Shown: positions 11,760-26,053, numbered from the stretch's first letter. The stretch is DNA of 64,000 nt from Octopus vulgaris (GCA_951406725.2 OX597833.1:60946001-61010000), one strand, 5' to 3'. A program made the numbers and translations. Notes: generated by a model from the sequence alone, not told the origin.

Positions 11760-13304
11760 TATATTTTACCCTATATGTAAACCCAGATATCTCTATGCTC
11801 TGCCCTATATACACCCACCAAATTTCTCGTAGATATACTTTAGTTTATATACATGCAACAATTTCTCTCTTTGGACCAGCCCATGTTAGACACACACACA
11901 CACCTCATTTCATTCATTTCTTGGTTAAAATTATGTACAATGTTTCAAAACTTCTCAGTTACCTCCGACTAGATTCTTGTTAATAATTGATATTTAAGTG
12001 GAAGGGGAATTTCAAGACAACATCAACAAAAACAACATAAAACTGAACAGAATCACTCAATAAACAAATCTGATTGATTTTTTAAAAATGATTTTCCTGG
12101 AGTAAATTCAAGTTGGAAGGTGACGAAACTATAAATAAGGAGTTATTCCCCTTGTTCCATAAATTTACTTCAGATGCTGGTTCTTAATAGATGAAAAGTA
12201 TTACCCCGGTCTCTCTATTTATTTTAATAAACTTTATACTTTTTGTTGCTAAATTTTTTTGTTTGTTCTTCGGAAATGCCGTATCCTGGGATCACATTAT
12301 CCAAGGTGACCTAAAAAAAATTTTTTTAAAAATGGTAGAGTTAGGTTTGTCGGCAATTTGGCTGCTATTTCTAGCAAGTAGGGTGACTACATGGCAGAGG
12401 CTGTCTGGTTGGCTCAAGACCCGGGTGGTAATAGTGATGTTTTTTGATCGCCTCTTAAATCAAATCACTCAGGAGTTACTTGCAGGGATGGAATCCCTCT
12501 GAGGTTAACTTTACTGGTCATCCTTCTGAGGCTATTAATATAGAAGTACCAGTGAAATACTGGATGCAGGGAATATGAATAGAAGACTGACTGTCATTCT
12601 CCTGGAGTTTAAAGAAAAATAGTACCAGTAATATACTGAGGCAGATTTAATTTCCCTATACAATATTCTAGATATGAATAGAAGACTAACACTCATTTTC
12701 TAAAAGTTGCAAAAAGAGAAAAAAAAGTACCCTTAATATTAATGTCAATTTTATTGCCTGAAATTTTTTGGGCTTTTGTGTTGGAAATTCTCTCCACTTT
12801 CATTTTCTTAGCATTAAGTATGATGCAATTCTCCTTTCACACCCCATCATCATCACTCACCGAAGGGACAGGTTCTTCCCACCCATCCCACCTGACTCAT
12901 TCGGGCGGGGTTCTATAACTATTTCTGTTTGTTTTGTACTATTTCCCCTTTGGCAGAGTTCTTACTCATAGGTGCCAGCTTGTTGTTTATCTGAAGCTCA
13001 GACTTGATCCAGAAGACCCGTGAATCAAAGACGTTCTAGTTGTGACCATCATGCCTTTTCTTCAGGCATAATGTATTGAAGACTAAATGCGGTGCTCCAG
13101 CATGGCCACAGTCAAATGAGTGAAACAAGTAAAAAAAAAAAAATTAAGAAAATGAGTGTTAATCTTCTATTCATATCTAGAATATTGTATAGGGAAAGTA
13201 AAACTGCCTCAGTATATCACTGGTACCGTCTTTTTATAACAGTATGGTGTTACTTGTGGAAAATTTGGTTTTTTATTTATGGCCAGTTTAGCAACTATGT
13301 CTTT

Positions 13305-13683
13305 ATCTTTTACTTGTTTCACTTATTGGACTGTGACCTTGCTGGGGCATCACCTCTAAGAGTTCAGTTGAACAAATTGGCCCTTATACCCTTTTTTAAA
13401 GCCTGGTTCTTACTCTATTGGTCTCATTTGCCAAACCACGAAGTTATGGGAGACATAAACAAACCAACACCAGTTGTCAAGTGATGGTAATGACAAACAC
13501 AAAGACACACACACACACATGATGGGCTTCCATTAGTTTGTGTCTGCCATATCTACACACAAGACTTTTGCTGGCCTTGGGCTATAGAAGATGATACTTG
13601 CCTAAGGTGCCTGACTGTGAAATTGAACCCAAGGCCACATGGTTAGGAAGCAAGCTTCTTACCATACAGCCACACTTGTGCCT
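13305..13683 (-). mobile_element. Degenerate family A SINE
   Basis: Collinear, CpG-decayed match to 362-813. Confidence 0.75.
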
Positions 13684-13889
13684 ATGTAGATATCTTGTCA
13701 ATTTATTGTGGTACAGTCTGTCTCTGAAGTCCAGCATTGTGAGATCTTTGTTGGTCTTCCTTTGTTGTCATCTAATATCAACTAACATTCACAAAACAAT
13801 CCTTCATTCCAGTTTGGTTGTCTCCCTTGTGTCCATCCGATGATGCTCTTAATACATAGCTACTCTCAGCTCACGTGCTGCTTTTATGT

Positions 13890-14350
13890 ATAGCTGTGAA
13901 ATAAAAACAGCAAATGCTATGTAAATGTTGTGTGACTGAAATATGGGCAGTTGCTACTATGTGACTGAAATATGGGCAGTAAATACTGTGACTGTGAAAT
14001 ATGAGCAGTAAATACTATGTGACTGAAATATGGGGAGTGAATGTTGTGTAACTGTGAAATATGGGGAGTGAATGTTGTGTAACTGTGAAATATGGGGAGT
14101 GAATGTTATGCAGCTGTGATGTATGGGGTGTGAATGTTATGCAGCTGTGATGTATGGGGTGTGAATGCTCTAGATGTGACGTATGGGCAACAAATGTTAT
14201 GTAGCTGTGAAATATAAGCAGTGAATGCTATGTATCTGTGAAGCATGAGTAAATGCTGTGTAGCCATGAAATATGGCCAATGAATGTTGTGTAATTATGA
14301 AATATGAGCAGTGAATGCATTAGAGCTGTAAAATGTAAGCAGAGAATGCA
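13890..14350. repeat. Minisatellite, ~29-31-bp unit GTGAAATATGGGGAGTGAATGTTGTGTAACT
   Basis: More than a dozen degenerate tandem units, most homogeneous in the middle. Confidence 0.85.
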
Positions 14351-14868
14351 AATATTTTTATGAAGGGTTAATTCTAATGGAATTAAAATCGCTGGGTTTA
14401 AGTAGAATTGGTCGTTAACTGCAGGTTAATCAGGTGTTTTTCTGGCTGGGACATAATCCATGGTAGGTTTATAGGGTATTTTATATGTTGACAGCAGAAG
14501 ATTGTTGGAATAAAGGTTGATTTGTAGTAATCTGGGAGACTCTTGTTAGGCAAGGTCTGAGAATGTTGGTTCTCAAAGGACCTTAAGTAAGGAATAATAG
14601 ACATGGCAGACATAGAGATTTGCTCCACACATGATGCTAACATTGGGAAAATGGATATTAAATCAATAATGGTTCGCTTTTTGAATGTTCTGTCAGTCTT
14701 GGCTTTTAAAATATGGAAGTAGATAGTAAGATTATATAGAGGATATCACACTCACACACACACACACACACAAGTATTTATATATGTATATACATTATGT
14801 ATTTATGCGTGTGAATATGCATATATATGTATATACACATATGCACAAACATCTCAAAAATATCAAGA

Positions 14869-14935
<67 letters not shown>

Positions 14936-14944
14936 GTGTATATA

Positions 14945-14989
<45 letters not shown>

Positions 14990-15139
14990 AATGGTTTTGA
15001 TATGTCTATGTGATTAGCTATTTTGTGATACATCAGGAAAAAATATCTAAAATCTTTTTTTAAAGTACATTCCATTTTTTTTTAGCTGCTTCTTATTTAA
15101 ACCGAGATATATAAATGTGTGTATGTATGAATATATATA

Positions 15140-15173
<34 letters not shown>

Positions 15174-16012
15174 TATATATGTGTGTGTAATTCAGCTATA
15201 TGCAAGTGGTAGTTTTCCAGCGTACAGCCATCCCTACTCTCGTCCCTCTTGTGTCTCCTTTATGATGTATCATCTTTCTTTGATTCTTTGTTGCCATCTT
15301 CACATTATCTGATTGATAGATGGAATAATAAACATGGCAGATATTTAAATCGCCATTACATCTTACATTAAAATATAGGGTGTGTCCATTGTCAATTCTT
15401 CTCCAGTTGGAGACATCGTCACTACTTCTCCCCTTATTCTACAACCACCACCACATTTTGTTGGTTTACCATATTCTTCATCCTGCTTTCCATTCTTATT
15501 CATCAGCATCATCATTTTAATGTCCACTCTGCCATGCTTTCATGGTTTAGACTGAATTTGCTGAGACAGGTTTTCTATGGCTGGATACCCTTCCTGTCAC
15601 CAACCCTCGCCCATTTCCAAGGGAGGTAATATTTACCCATAGTTAGACATATTCCAGAGACGATTGAAAATTAAGGACACCACTTTTGTATCATTGACAC
15701 TCATTTACAACTATTGTGATATCAGGGTAAGGAGGCAGTAAGACACCCATGCATACATATACATATACATATATATATATTTGTATACAAAGGCTTCCTT
15801 CAGTTTCTGTTTTCTATATTCACTCACAAGGCTTTGGTCAGCCCAGGTCTATAGTAGAAGACACTTGCCCAAGGTATATATCTTTTAAATTTATTTATGG
15901 GAAATGTCTTGAATAAGCAAATAAAGCTCCTACTCCGTTATGTTGGGCACTGTCTAATGATGCTGACTACTGGGGCAATTTTGGTGGGTTGCATCAAGTT
16001 GTACCAATATAA

Positions 16013-16630
16013 TCTCTTTATATATAAAGCTGAAGTTGTCTGTGTATGGCAGGTTTGGTAGCCTTCAACTAACACTATATCCTTCAAGACCCTGTGGCAC
16101 AAGTTGACCAAAATTGAGAGTATGATAGAAAGAAGGCTTGCTCTTCATTCCGTAGAAGAAAAAATTCAAATCGGACCATGTTAACACCAAAAATTATTTA
16201 TATCAAAAAGGTGCTTTTTCTTCTATGAAAATCCCTATATTTGACGATTTTTTGACTGCTGTGTCACCATTTTTCGGTGTATTTCAACCAGAAAAAATGT
16301 TCACTTAACCCTTTAGTATTTAAACCGGCCATATCCGGCCAAAATATTTAATCTGTTTTATGTTCAAACTGACTAGATCCAGGCTCTCACACCTACCCTA
16401 CAATGTTATTCTACATTAAGTAATTACACCATCAAGATCTTGAAGATATGAGAAAATGTATGATTAATTCAAATCAATGGGAATCAATAAGCATTATGTT
16501 TGATAGAATAATCTGAACACTAAAGGGTTAAAGAGAATAACAAGCTACATAATGCAAAATTTTTACTTTTCAAAAATTCCGAATCTAAAGGGTTGAAACA
16601 AACCCGAACAATACCGGGCGATACTGCTGG
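16013..16630 (+). mobile_element. Non-autonomous Helitron
   Basis: A|TCTCTTTATATATAAAG 5' end. 3' hairpin CCCG-AACAATAC-CGGG about 10 nt before the CTGG (CTRR) terminus, followed by T. Inserted in an A-T dinucleotide with no TSD. Confidence 0.75.
16309..16527. mobile_element. Intact piggyBac-type MITE nested in the Helitron
   Basis: TTAA|CCCTTTAGT ... ACTAAAGGG|TTAA. Opposite orientation to the 5946 copy. Confidence 0.9.
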
Positions 16631-16660
16631 TGCAGGATAAATATAATAGTAATGACAATA

Positions 16661-17086
16661 GGATGGATTTTATAAACATTTAATGCATTGCTACATGTGA
16701 TTTCACAAATCACATGACTTTGAAGATTCCAGTGTCTGTATTCCTCGGATGATTATAGTGTAGTCCGTAGTATCCGTGGCCATCGGGTTGATGATCATCG
16801 TTGTTTCATTTCTTCAGGCAATATAACATTAGTGGATGCACCACACAGGGATGTTTATCCCGTTTTACCAGTATGGAGTTTATCCTGACCAAAGGGATTA
16901 AAGTCCATACTGGTAGAAAAGGATAAATATCCTGGAGAAATGAATCAATGATAATGATCAACCGGATACCCACAGATACTACAGACTATACTGTAATCGT
17001 CCCAGAAATACTGAGTGTAATCTGAAGAGTCATGGGATTTGTGGAAATGTGTGTAGCGATGCATTAAATGTGTATAAATTCCATTC
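16661..17086. repeat. Long imperfect palindrome (fold-back element)
   Basis: Arms pair over about 190 nt, e.g. ACCAGTATGGA/TCCATACTGGT near the centre and ACATTTAATGCAT/ATGCATTAAATGT near the ends. Confidence 0.9.
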
Positions 17087-17105
17087 AAGGATTATTATTA
17101 TCATA

Positions 17106-17338
17106 TATTTCTTTACTAACCACAAGGGGCTAAACATAGAGGGGACAAACAAGGACAGACAAAGGGATTGAGTTGATTATATCGACCCCAGTGTGAAACT
17201 GGTACTTAATTTATCGACCCCGAAAGGATGAAAGGCAAAGTTGACCTCAGCGGAATTTGAACTCAGAACGTAACGACAGACGAAATACGTCTATGCATTT
17301 CGTCCAGCGTGCTAATGTTTCTGCCAGCTCGCCGCCTT
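17106..17338 (-). mobile_element. Family B SINE, full length
   Basis: Reverse complement of the family B consensus. Confidence 0.9.
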
Positions 17339-18963
17339 CACTATACCATGGCCCACACTGCTCTATGAATGTTTTTGTTCCATGACTCTGACTATGTTCC
17401 ATAGCCATTGTTATCATATATATCAAGTATTACACCTGGTTATATTTCTGTCATTGCTACTTGTCTCAAAGCAGATGGTGGTGTTATTTAGCCCCACCAC
17501 ACCCTGGTTCTACAAACACGATCAAGCTAGACCATTCCACGTTTTTTTTGTTGTTCATTCAGATAAAGTGTACACCAAACTATATTATCTAATGTGTTTA
17601 AGATAGTAGAATGCAGTTAGAGGCAGGTTTGCTGTTGTTTGTAGCTGATCAAGCAACCCTACTGGCTTGTTAAAGAAAATCAGTTGGTGTAGTACCAGTT
17701 AGGGATAAGGCAAGATAGGGTTCTCGCAAAGGTGTAATACAGCTAGTGTTAGGCCAGCAGGGTTGTCTTTCTGATATTATACAACCTGGTAAATGTTTGA
17801 TAAAGAAAATGATGTAGCTGTTTGTTTATATTGTAAGTGATTATGTGTCTATGTTTTTATTGCATTCAGTTTTGGTTGTCACCCACACAAAAGTCTAAAT
17901 TGGAGCTCAACGTCAGTTATGACATTCAACACATCTGTGAAAATGAAATTATGTTTGTGGAAAAAGATAGTCAAGAGTAAATGGTAAAAAGTTTAGATCC
18001 ATATAGGCAGTATTTATTGGGCAAATATATTCTGCTTTTAACTTTGGACCAACCAGAGCCTTGTAACTGGATTTGTTAGCTGGAAACTGAAAAAAACCTA
18101 TTTGTGTGTGTATATGTGTGTGTATGTTTGTATCCCCTGGTTTTGACATCGCAGGACAGTGTCATTGTTGTACAAGCAGTGTCATTCATTTCCAATATTC
18201 TACAAAAAACATAGGAAAATATTACTTTGCTTGGAAACAGGTGATGGTTGGCAACATGAAGGGCTTCTGGTCATGGAAAATCTGCCTCAATAAATTCTAT
18301 TCAACTTGTGTAAGTATGGAAAAGTGAATGTTAAAATGATGTGTGTGTTTCTGACTTCTGTGCTTCTGTGAAAATCAGTCACAGTATGAGTGGGTGATAA
18401 CATTGCTATCATTTCTCCTGTTGACTCTGCACCTTCAAAAACAGATGCAATAAGAGATCCCTTATTTGAAAGAAATATAATGTTTGGAAGTGCATTCAGC
18501 AGTAAAGCACTACCTCCGCAATATATTCTTCTAACCCATGCTAACATGGAAAAACATGTAAAACAGACAACTGTGTCAGCAAAGATCAAGTCCGTCTGTA
18601 GTGATGGAGGAAAGGTTGCAATACTGCCGTGGAACAAGGCCATGAGCTGTTGAGAGAGGTTTCTTTAATATTGCTCCATATGTTACAAATGATAGTCAAA
18701 TATCCCTCAAATCTTGTGTCAATTTGAAAAAAGAACTCATTGTATTGTGAAATTCTGGATTTATTTTTGTCTCTGGAAAAAAAAAAAAAAAGGCTTAATG
18801 CTTGGATAGTCTAGTCTTTGAATAATAACTGACTATGGTTGGAACATTTTTGACCATAGGTCTGCATGGCTAGTAATACTATTCTACCAATGTGTGTTTC
18901 TACAGTGACATACAATTGAGTGAGGGAAAAAAAACTTCCCTTCATGTTATAAAAAAAAATTAC

Positions 18964-19166
18964 ACTCTCTTTACTCTTTTACTTGTTTCAGTCATTTGAC
19001 TGCGGCCATGCTGGAGCACCGCCTTTAGTCGAGCAAATCGACCCCGGGACTTATTCTTTGTAAGCCCAGTACTTATTCTATCGGTCTCTTTTGCCGAACC
19101 GCTAAGTTACGGGGACGTAAACACACCAGCATCAGTTGTCAAGCAATGCTAGGGGGACAAACACAA

Positions 19167-19221
<55 letters not shown>

Positions 19222-19352
19222 TATACACACACACACACACACATATATGCATATATACGACAGGCTTCTTTCAGTTTCCGTCTACCAAATCCACTCACAA
19301 GGTTTTGGTCGGCCCGGGGCTATAGCAGAAGACACTTGTCCAAGATGCCACA
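18964..19352 (-). mobile_element. Family A SINE, 5'-truncated, young
   Basis: Near-identical to the reverse complement of 56694-57108, lacking the tRNA head. Confidence 0.9.
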
Positions 19353-19989
19353 CTATAAACATTTACTTAAATTGATCAATGGTTTACTGTCAATATGCCT
19401 CAGATAATGTAGTTCTAAGGATGCATTATGTTTGAATAAAAAAGAAACTTGATGCTCACAGCTGAATGCGTTTGATCACACGTCTGTTGGATCAGAGCTG
19501 GCAACTACAACAACAACAACAACAACAATAATGATAATACAAAGAATAGTGAGACGTCGCAGAGAGTCCAAGATAGCCAAGAAGTTTCCAGAATGTTTGA
19601 GAATTCTGCGAGAAGGTGGCAGTATTGTTATTCCTGGATTTAACCCACATTAAAACAGCCAAACTGGCAACTCCAAGTTCCTTAGCAACAAACTATCGCG
19701 TTCGTTTTCATATTGAAACATTTAAATTTTTATTGCATCGATTTAGATAGATTTATTTTTAGAATAAATTGGTTTTTATTTATTTTTAGTTTCCATTTCA
19801 GATATCTCTCTCTCTCTCTCCTCTCTCTCCTCTCTCTCTCCTCTCTCCTTCATCCCCTCCTGCCATTTCTTTCAAATGTTGCTGTTTCAAAAATGTTCTT
19901 TTGAAAAAATATCAAGTTTCTTTCTCTGAAATTCCCTGATGGCTTCAATTTATTTTTCTTCTTTTACCATTTCGACAATTTATTAAATA

Positions 19990-20020
19990 GATTTGGTATG
20001 GCTGTAGGATGGTGGGGATG

Positions 20021-20052
<32 letters not shown>

Positions 20053-20148
20053 CTAACATGGAAAGTGTGTATAAATTGATGATATGTACACATATGTGTC
20101 TGTGTGTGTATGTGTATATATGTGTATATATGTGTATATATATATGTG

Positions 20149-20195
<47 letters not shown>

Positions 20196-20263
20196 TATGT
20201 GTGTGTGTGTGTGTATCTATATGTGTGTGTGTGTGTGTGTATATATGTGTGTATCTATCTATC

Positions 20264-20296
<33 letters not shown>

Positions 20297-20420
20297 GTGT
20301 GTGTATATATATATATATGTATACATACAGATATCTCAGCATGGAAATCAGACATGACTCTTATAGACATGTATGTATGTATATGTGTGTTTTTATACAC
20401 ACACACACACACACACAGAG
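19990..20420. repeat. Compound (CA)/(TA)/(TG) microsatellite
   Basis: Directly visible. Confidence 0.9.
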
Positions 20421-20743
20421 TTAAGTACAACAGTTAGGAAGGGAAAATATAGACAAATATTGCTAAACCTGGAATAATATCTAACAGTTTGATATTTTTA
20501 CTTTGTAATTTTTATTGGCAACAAAAAGGAAACAACCCTTTTGGGAAATTATATATGACTAGTATTAGTTGACTTAGTGTTTCACCCACGTAATGTTTCG
20601 TTACTCTTTCCTGTTTTCTTTTACTGATTTCAATCGTTAGACTGTGACCAAGCTGGAGCATATTTTCTAGAGTTTTAGTCAATTACATTGATCCCATTAC
20701 TAACTGTAGTATTATTGAGTAATATATATATATATATATATAT

Positions 20744-21185
20744 ACTCTTTACTCTCTTTTACTTATTTCGGTCATTTGACTGCGGCCATGCTGGAGCACC
20801 GCCTTCTAGTCGAGTAAATTGATCCCAGGACTTATTCTTTGTAAGCCTAGTACTTATTCTATCAGTCTCTTTTGCTGAACTGCTAAGTTACGGGACGTAA
20901 ACACACCACCATCGGTTGTCAAACAATGGTGGGGGGACAAACACATACATACATCATCATCATCGTTTAATGTCCGCTTTACATGCTAGCATGGGTTACA
21001 TACATATATATATATACTTGTATACGACGGGTTTCTTCCAGTTTCCGTCTACCAAATCCACTCACAAAGCTTTGGTCGGCCCGAGGCTATAGTAGAAGAC
21101 ACTTGCTCAAGGTGCCATGCAGTGGGAATGAATCCGGAACCATGTGGTTGGTAAGCAAGCTACTTACCACACAGCCACTCCTGCG

Positions 21186-21187
<2 letters not shown>
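20744..21187 (-). mobile_element. Family A SINE carrying a short family C tail fragment in its microsatellite
   Basis: Full family A layout. CATCATCGTTTAATGTCCGCTTTACATGCTAGCATGGGTT lies at about 20950-20997. Confidence 0.88.
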
Positions 21188-21222
<35 letters not shown>

Positions 21223-22354
21223 CTTCTTTATAGTTTCTGTCTATGAAAGCTTTGACACAAAAGATATTGGTACTATCTGCGGTTATAATAGTACACACAT
21301 GTTTGACCAGTTGCAGAGAACCTTGGGGATGTGTGAAAGGCAAAGTCAACCTCAGCAGAATTCGAACTCAGAATGTACCAACGTGTGAAATACCCCTAAG
21401 TATTTTGCCCAGCGTGCTAACGATTCTACCAGCTCATCAACTTAATAATAATCATGTCACATCCTTGTCCGTTGCTGGCATAAGTTGGAAGGTCCTACAG
21501 GATCTGATGGCTGCAAGGACTGCATTGTACTTTCGTATCCAATTTAGCAGAGGGTGCTATTTTCATGCTACTAGCATTAGTGAGGTTGCCATGCGGTTTG
21601 CAATACTATGAAGCATGAAAGAGGCAGCTTTATGCTAGAAGATGAGGGGTGAAAGCATGAGAAAAGGGGGCCAGAGCTGACCAAATTTTTTGCTGTGGGG
21701 GGACTCATGTAGCTACTTACATTTTAGAAGAGAGGGTGGAGCAGGGTAAGAAAAAGATATGAAGGTGATGAGGTATCTTTATGGAACTCTCAAGGTGTGA
21801 GGTGAGCAGAAGTGAATGGATGAAGAACAGAAAGTGTGGAGTTTGCAAGATTTGATGAGAGAATGATTGAGGCAGTGAATATAATGAATGAAGAATGTGT
21901 TGAGTGGGTAATAAGTAGGGGAGGTGGTGGTGGGGTAACCTATAGTAATAGTGGTCTAAAATTTTGGCATAAGGTCAGCAGCTTTGTGGGTGGGGCTAAG
22001 CTGATTACTTGACTCAAGTACTCAACTGGTACTTATTTTATCAACTCCAAAAGGACGAAAGGTAAAGTTGACCTCAGCAGAATTTGAACTTAGAGTGTAA
22101 AGATGGACAAAATGCTGCTAAGAATTTTGCCCAATGTGCTAATGATTCTGCCAGCTTGCTGCCTTAATAATATCCTTTAATGATAATAATAAACTGTTGT
22201 TACATGACCAACCATCATCACACATAGTGCATAATTAAAAATGAATGCAATGAAAGGACTAACCAATGTATTAGAGTACTCTGGTCTGAATCTAACTCCA
22301 CTTAGATTCTTCATATCCATAGAAACATTCAGAATTACTGACAGCTCATGAAAC

Positions 22355-22800
22355 ACTTGGTAGGAAGGGCATCCAGCCATAAAAACTATACCGGACGGAC
22401 CTTGCCAGTGCTGATGCCACATAAAAAGCACCCAATTCACTCTGTAAAGTTGTTGGCATTAGGAAAGGCATCCAAGAAAACAATGCCAAAACAGACCTCA
22501 CTGATGCTGGTACCATGTAAAAAAGCACCCAGTTCATTCTGTAAAGGGGTTGGCATTAGGGATGGCATCCATGAAAACAATGCCAAAACAGACCTCACTG
22601 ATGCTGGTACCATGTAAAAAAGCACCCAGTTCATTCTGTAAAGGGATTGGCATTAGGGATGGCATCCAGCTGTAAAAAAAAACCATGCGCAGACAGACAG
22701 TGGAGCTTGGTGCAATCCTTTGGCTTGCTAGCTCCCATCAAACCATTCAACTCAGGTCAGCATGGAAGACAGACATTAAATGATTATGATGATGATGATG
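22355..22800 (+). mobile_element. Old family C element with internal ~100-bp tandem triplication
   Basis: AAAAAGCACCCAGTTCATTCTGTAAAG..TTGGCATTAGG..GGCATCCA occurs three times, then a (GAT)n tail. Confidence 0.75.
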
Positions 22801-22855
22801 TCTTGCTAAATAATGAGCCATGTATCGTGACCCACTTCTCAAAATAGGGTCCACA

Positions 22856-23059
22856 TGGCCGTTGCCAGTACCACCAAACTGGCCCTCGTGCCGGTGGCAT
22901 GTAAAAGCACCCACTACCCTCTCAGAGTGGTTGGCGTTAGGAAGGGCATCCAGCTGTAGAAACTCTGCCAGATCAGATTGGAGTCTGGTTCGTCAGACCT
23001 CAGTCAAATCGTCCAACCCATGCTAGCATGGAAAGCGGACGTTAAATGATGACGATGAT
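22856..23059 (+). mobile_element. Family C repeat
   Basis: GTGCCGGTGGCATGTAAAAGCACCCACTAC...CCCATGCTAGCATGGAAAGCGGACGTTAAATGATGA. Confidence 0.85.
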
Positions 23060-23245
23060 ACCTCCTCTAGACAGTTTCTTGACCTGCAAGAAATAACATC
23101 CAAATCTCTTTCAAACTGCATCTTCCTATTTTGAAATCAGTTGAACATTTTATCACCATTTTATGGTTTGATTTTTAATACCCTTAGCAAGTTATTTGAT
23201 TTAATTATTATTACTATCATTATTATTATTATTATTTCATTTTAG

Positions 23246-23375
23246 ACGGATGAGAATGGTCCGACGCCACTGAACAGTAGCTCTCACGGAGGAGATGGAC
23301 ACGACAACCAGTCTTCTGCTGCTGATTTGACCACCACAACAGCATCCACCCATTGGCCGTCCTCGTCACATGCTG
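23246..23375 (+). CDS. Internal coding exon (130 nt, phase 0 to 1): TDENGPTPLNSSSHGGDGHDNQSSAADLTTTTASTHWPSSSHA-; gene unidentified
   Basis: Acceptor TTTCATTTTAG|ACG and donor CTG|GTAAC. Sharp GC/CpG-rich island in AT-rich flanks. Only one of three frames is open. Confidence 0.75.
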
Positions 23376-23882
23376 GTAACTATTGCATTACGTATTTATT
23401 GATTGACTCATTCATTTAAAAAAAAAAACTAAAAATCAGAAAAAAACAGAAAAAACAACAAAAAAGAAAATAATTTTCTTGAGCAATTTTTTTTTTTTTT
23501 TTTTTTAATCATTTCATTTCATTTTATTCTTTATAATATTTCATCCGTTGTTATTATTATTATTTTTATCACCATTGTTGTTATCACCTCCTTATGAAAG
23601 CAGGAACCGTCATTGTGTACCAGTAAAGATGTCCACAAGCGCTATCTAGAAATCTGGACTTGATTTTTAAAAAAAATTTTTTTTCTTTGTTTCTCACTCT
23701 TTTGTTCTTTCCATATTTTTTTCATCTTTGTTTTTGTTTTTGTTTTTGTTTTTATTTTATCAGTTGAAAAATGTTTCTCTTTTCTGTTGCTAATGCTCTT
23801 TATTATTTCAACAAACAACAAATGTTAGAAAAGGCATGAACATCATATATCCCTTTCCCTAACTCTACCTCTTCTCCCCCCC

Positions 23883-23883
<1 letters not shown>

Positions 23884-23916
<33 letters not shown>

Positions 23917-24316
23917 GTGTGTATATATGTATATATATATATGTGTGTATGTATATATATATGTGTGTATATACATGTATTTTTATGTGTATTTATATGT
24001 ATATATATATATGTGTGTATATCTATATATGTGTATATTTATATGTGTGTGTATATATGTATATATATATATATGTGTGTATATATGTATATATATATAT
24101 GTGTGTATATATGTATATATATATGTGTGTATATATGTATATATATATATGTGTATATATGTATATATATATGTGTGTATATATGTATATATATGTGTGT
24201 ATATATATATGTATATATATATGTGTGTATATATGTATATATATATGTGTGTATATATGTATATATATATATGTGTGTATATATGTGTATATATATATAT
24301 ACACACATACACACAC
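23884..24316. repeat. Compound (TA)/(TG) microsatellite
   Basis: Directly visible. Confidence 0.95.
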
Positions 24317-24824
24317 GTGACGCAGTCTGCATGACTACTCAAGAAACCACTCTTGCCTCTCTCCAAACACAAGCCTTATCTCTTTTACAATCATTGTGAT
24401 TCTCTGTCATTCAAATTGCATTTCTTATTAAAATTTTTCATTTTTCTTCTCCAGTTTTCTTATTTCAATAGACACAGATATTGCAGTAGCTGCTTATATA
24501 CATCCATATATATATATATATATACACATATATATATATATATATATATATACAGTATATATGTATATATGTATATATATATGTATATGTGAGATGTCTT
24601 AAGAAACACTCACAAAAATATCAGAGCAATACCAAGTCTATTTCTGTGTAATTTTTCTCTAGACTGCAGCCATGTAACATGCATAATAATTCTTGTTGTT
24701 GCTATTATTTATATTATATCTGTGATGTTTCAAGTTATTTATTTATCTATTTATTCATTTGACTTTCTTTTTTCAAGACAGGTTGGTGTGTGGAAAAGTA
24801 AATGAAAATCTTGAATGAATAATT

Positions 24825-24875
<51 letters not shown>

Positions 24876-24945
24876 TTACACATACATACTTACATAAATG
24901 AACATATATCACTTTATTAAAAGATCATGATTATGGTGTGTGTTC

Positions 24946-24992
<47 letters not shown>

Positions 24993-25034
24993 AATTTGTG
25001 TGTGTGTGTATAAATATATATATATATGTTAATT

Positions 25035-25080
<46 letters not shown>

Positions 25081-25370
25081 TTTGCGTCGGTATGCATACA
25101 TATATACACTTTATATATATACACACACAATGTACATATGTATATATGTTTATGTATGAGAATATAGGTATATATATATATGCATTTGCGTCGGTATGTA
25201 TATGTATACATACATATATACACTTTATATATATATATACACATACACACACAATGTACATATGTGTATATGTGTTTGTATGAGAATATATATATAGGTA
25301 TATATATATGTGTATGCATATGTATATATATGGATTTATATGTACACATGCACACATATATCTATATATG

Positions 25371-25413
<43 letters not shown>

Positions 25414-25857
25414 CACGCACTTATTTTATTTTTTTGTTTTCCTTTTATTTGAATAAAATATCAAATCTACAAGTTTCTACTGCATATATGTATTTATGTT
25501 ATTCATTTCGTTTCAGTTTTCGCTGGGAATATTTTTTACTTACCTTGGCTTATTTAATGTTTCAGCATTTTAAGAAAGAAGCACATTTGAAACAATTTTA
25601 ATATTTTTCAACAAATATCTTTAACAGGAAGCCATTTTATATCCCAACTCCCTTCCCCCTCCCCCTCGACTCCCCACTCTCTTTCATACACTTTCCAGCT
25701 TTTTTTTCCTCACCTACAATATCTATCTATATATCTGTCACTTTCTTGTGATTTATTTCTTGTATGTAGCTTCTCTGAAAATATTTACTTGTGAAATATA
25801 TATATATATATATATGATTTATTTTCTTTTTTCTTCTGTCTAAATATCATAGTCTAC

Positions 25858-26053
25858 TATAATAATAATAATAATAATAGTAATAATAATAATAATAATA
25901 ATAATAGTAATAATAATAATAGTAATAATAATAATAGTAATAATAATAATAGTAATAATAATAATAATAGTAATAATAATAGTAATAATAATAATAATAA
26001 TAATAGTAATAATAATAGTAATAATAATAATAATAATAATAATAGTAATAATA

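Noticed and set aside
14398-14643. 81-aa ORF, possible retroelement relic (similar doubt for about 41080-41320 and 44270-44960)
   Set aside because: No diagnostic RT or endonuclease motif seen.
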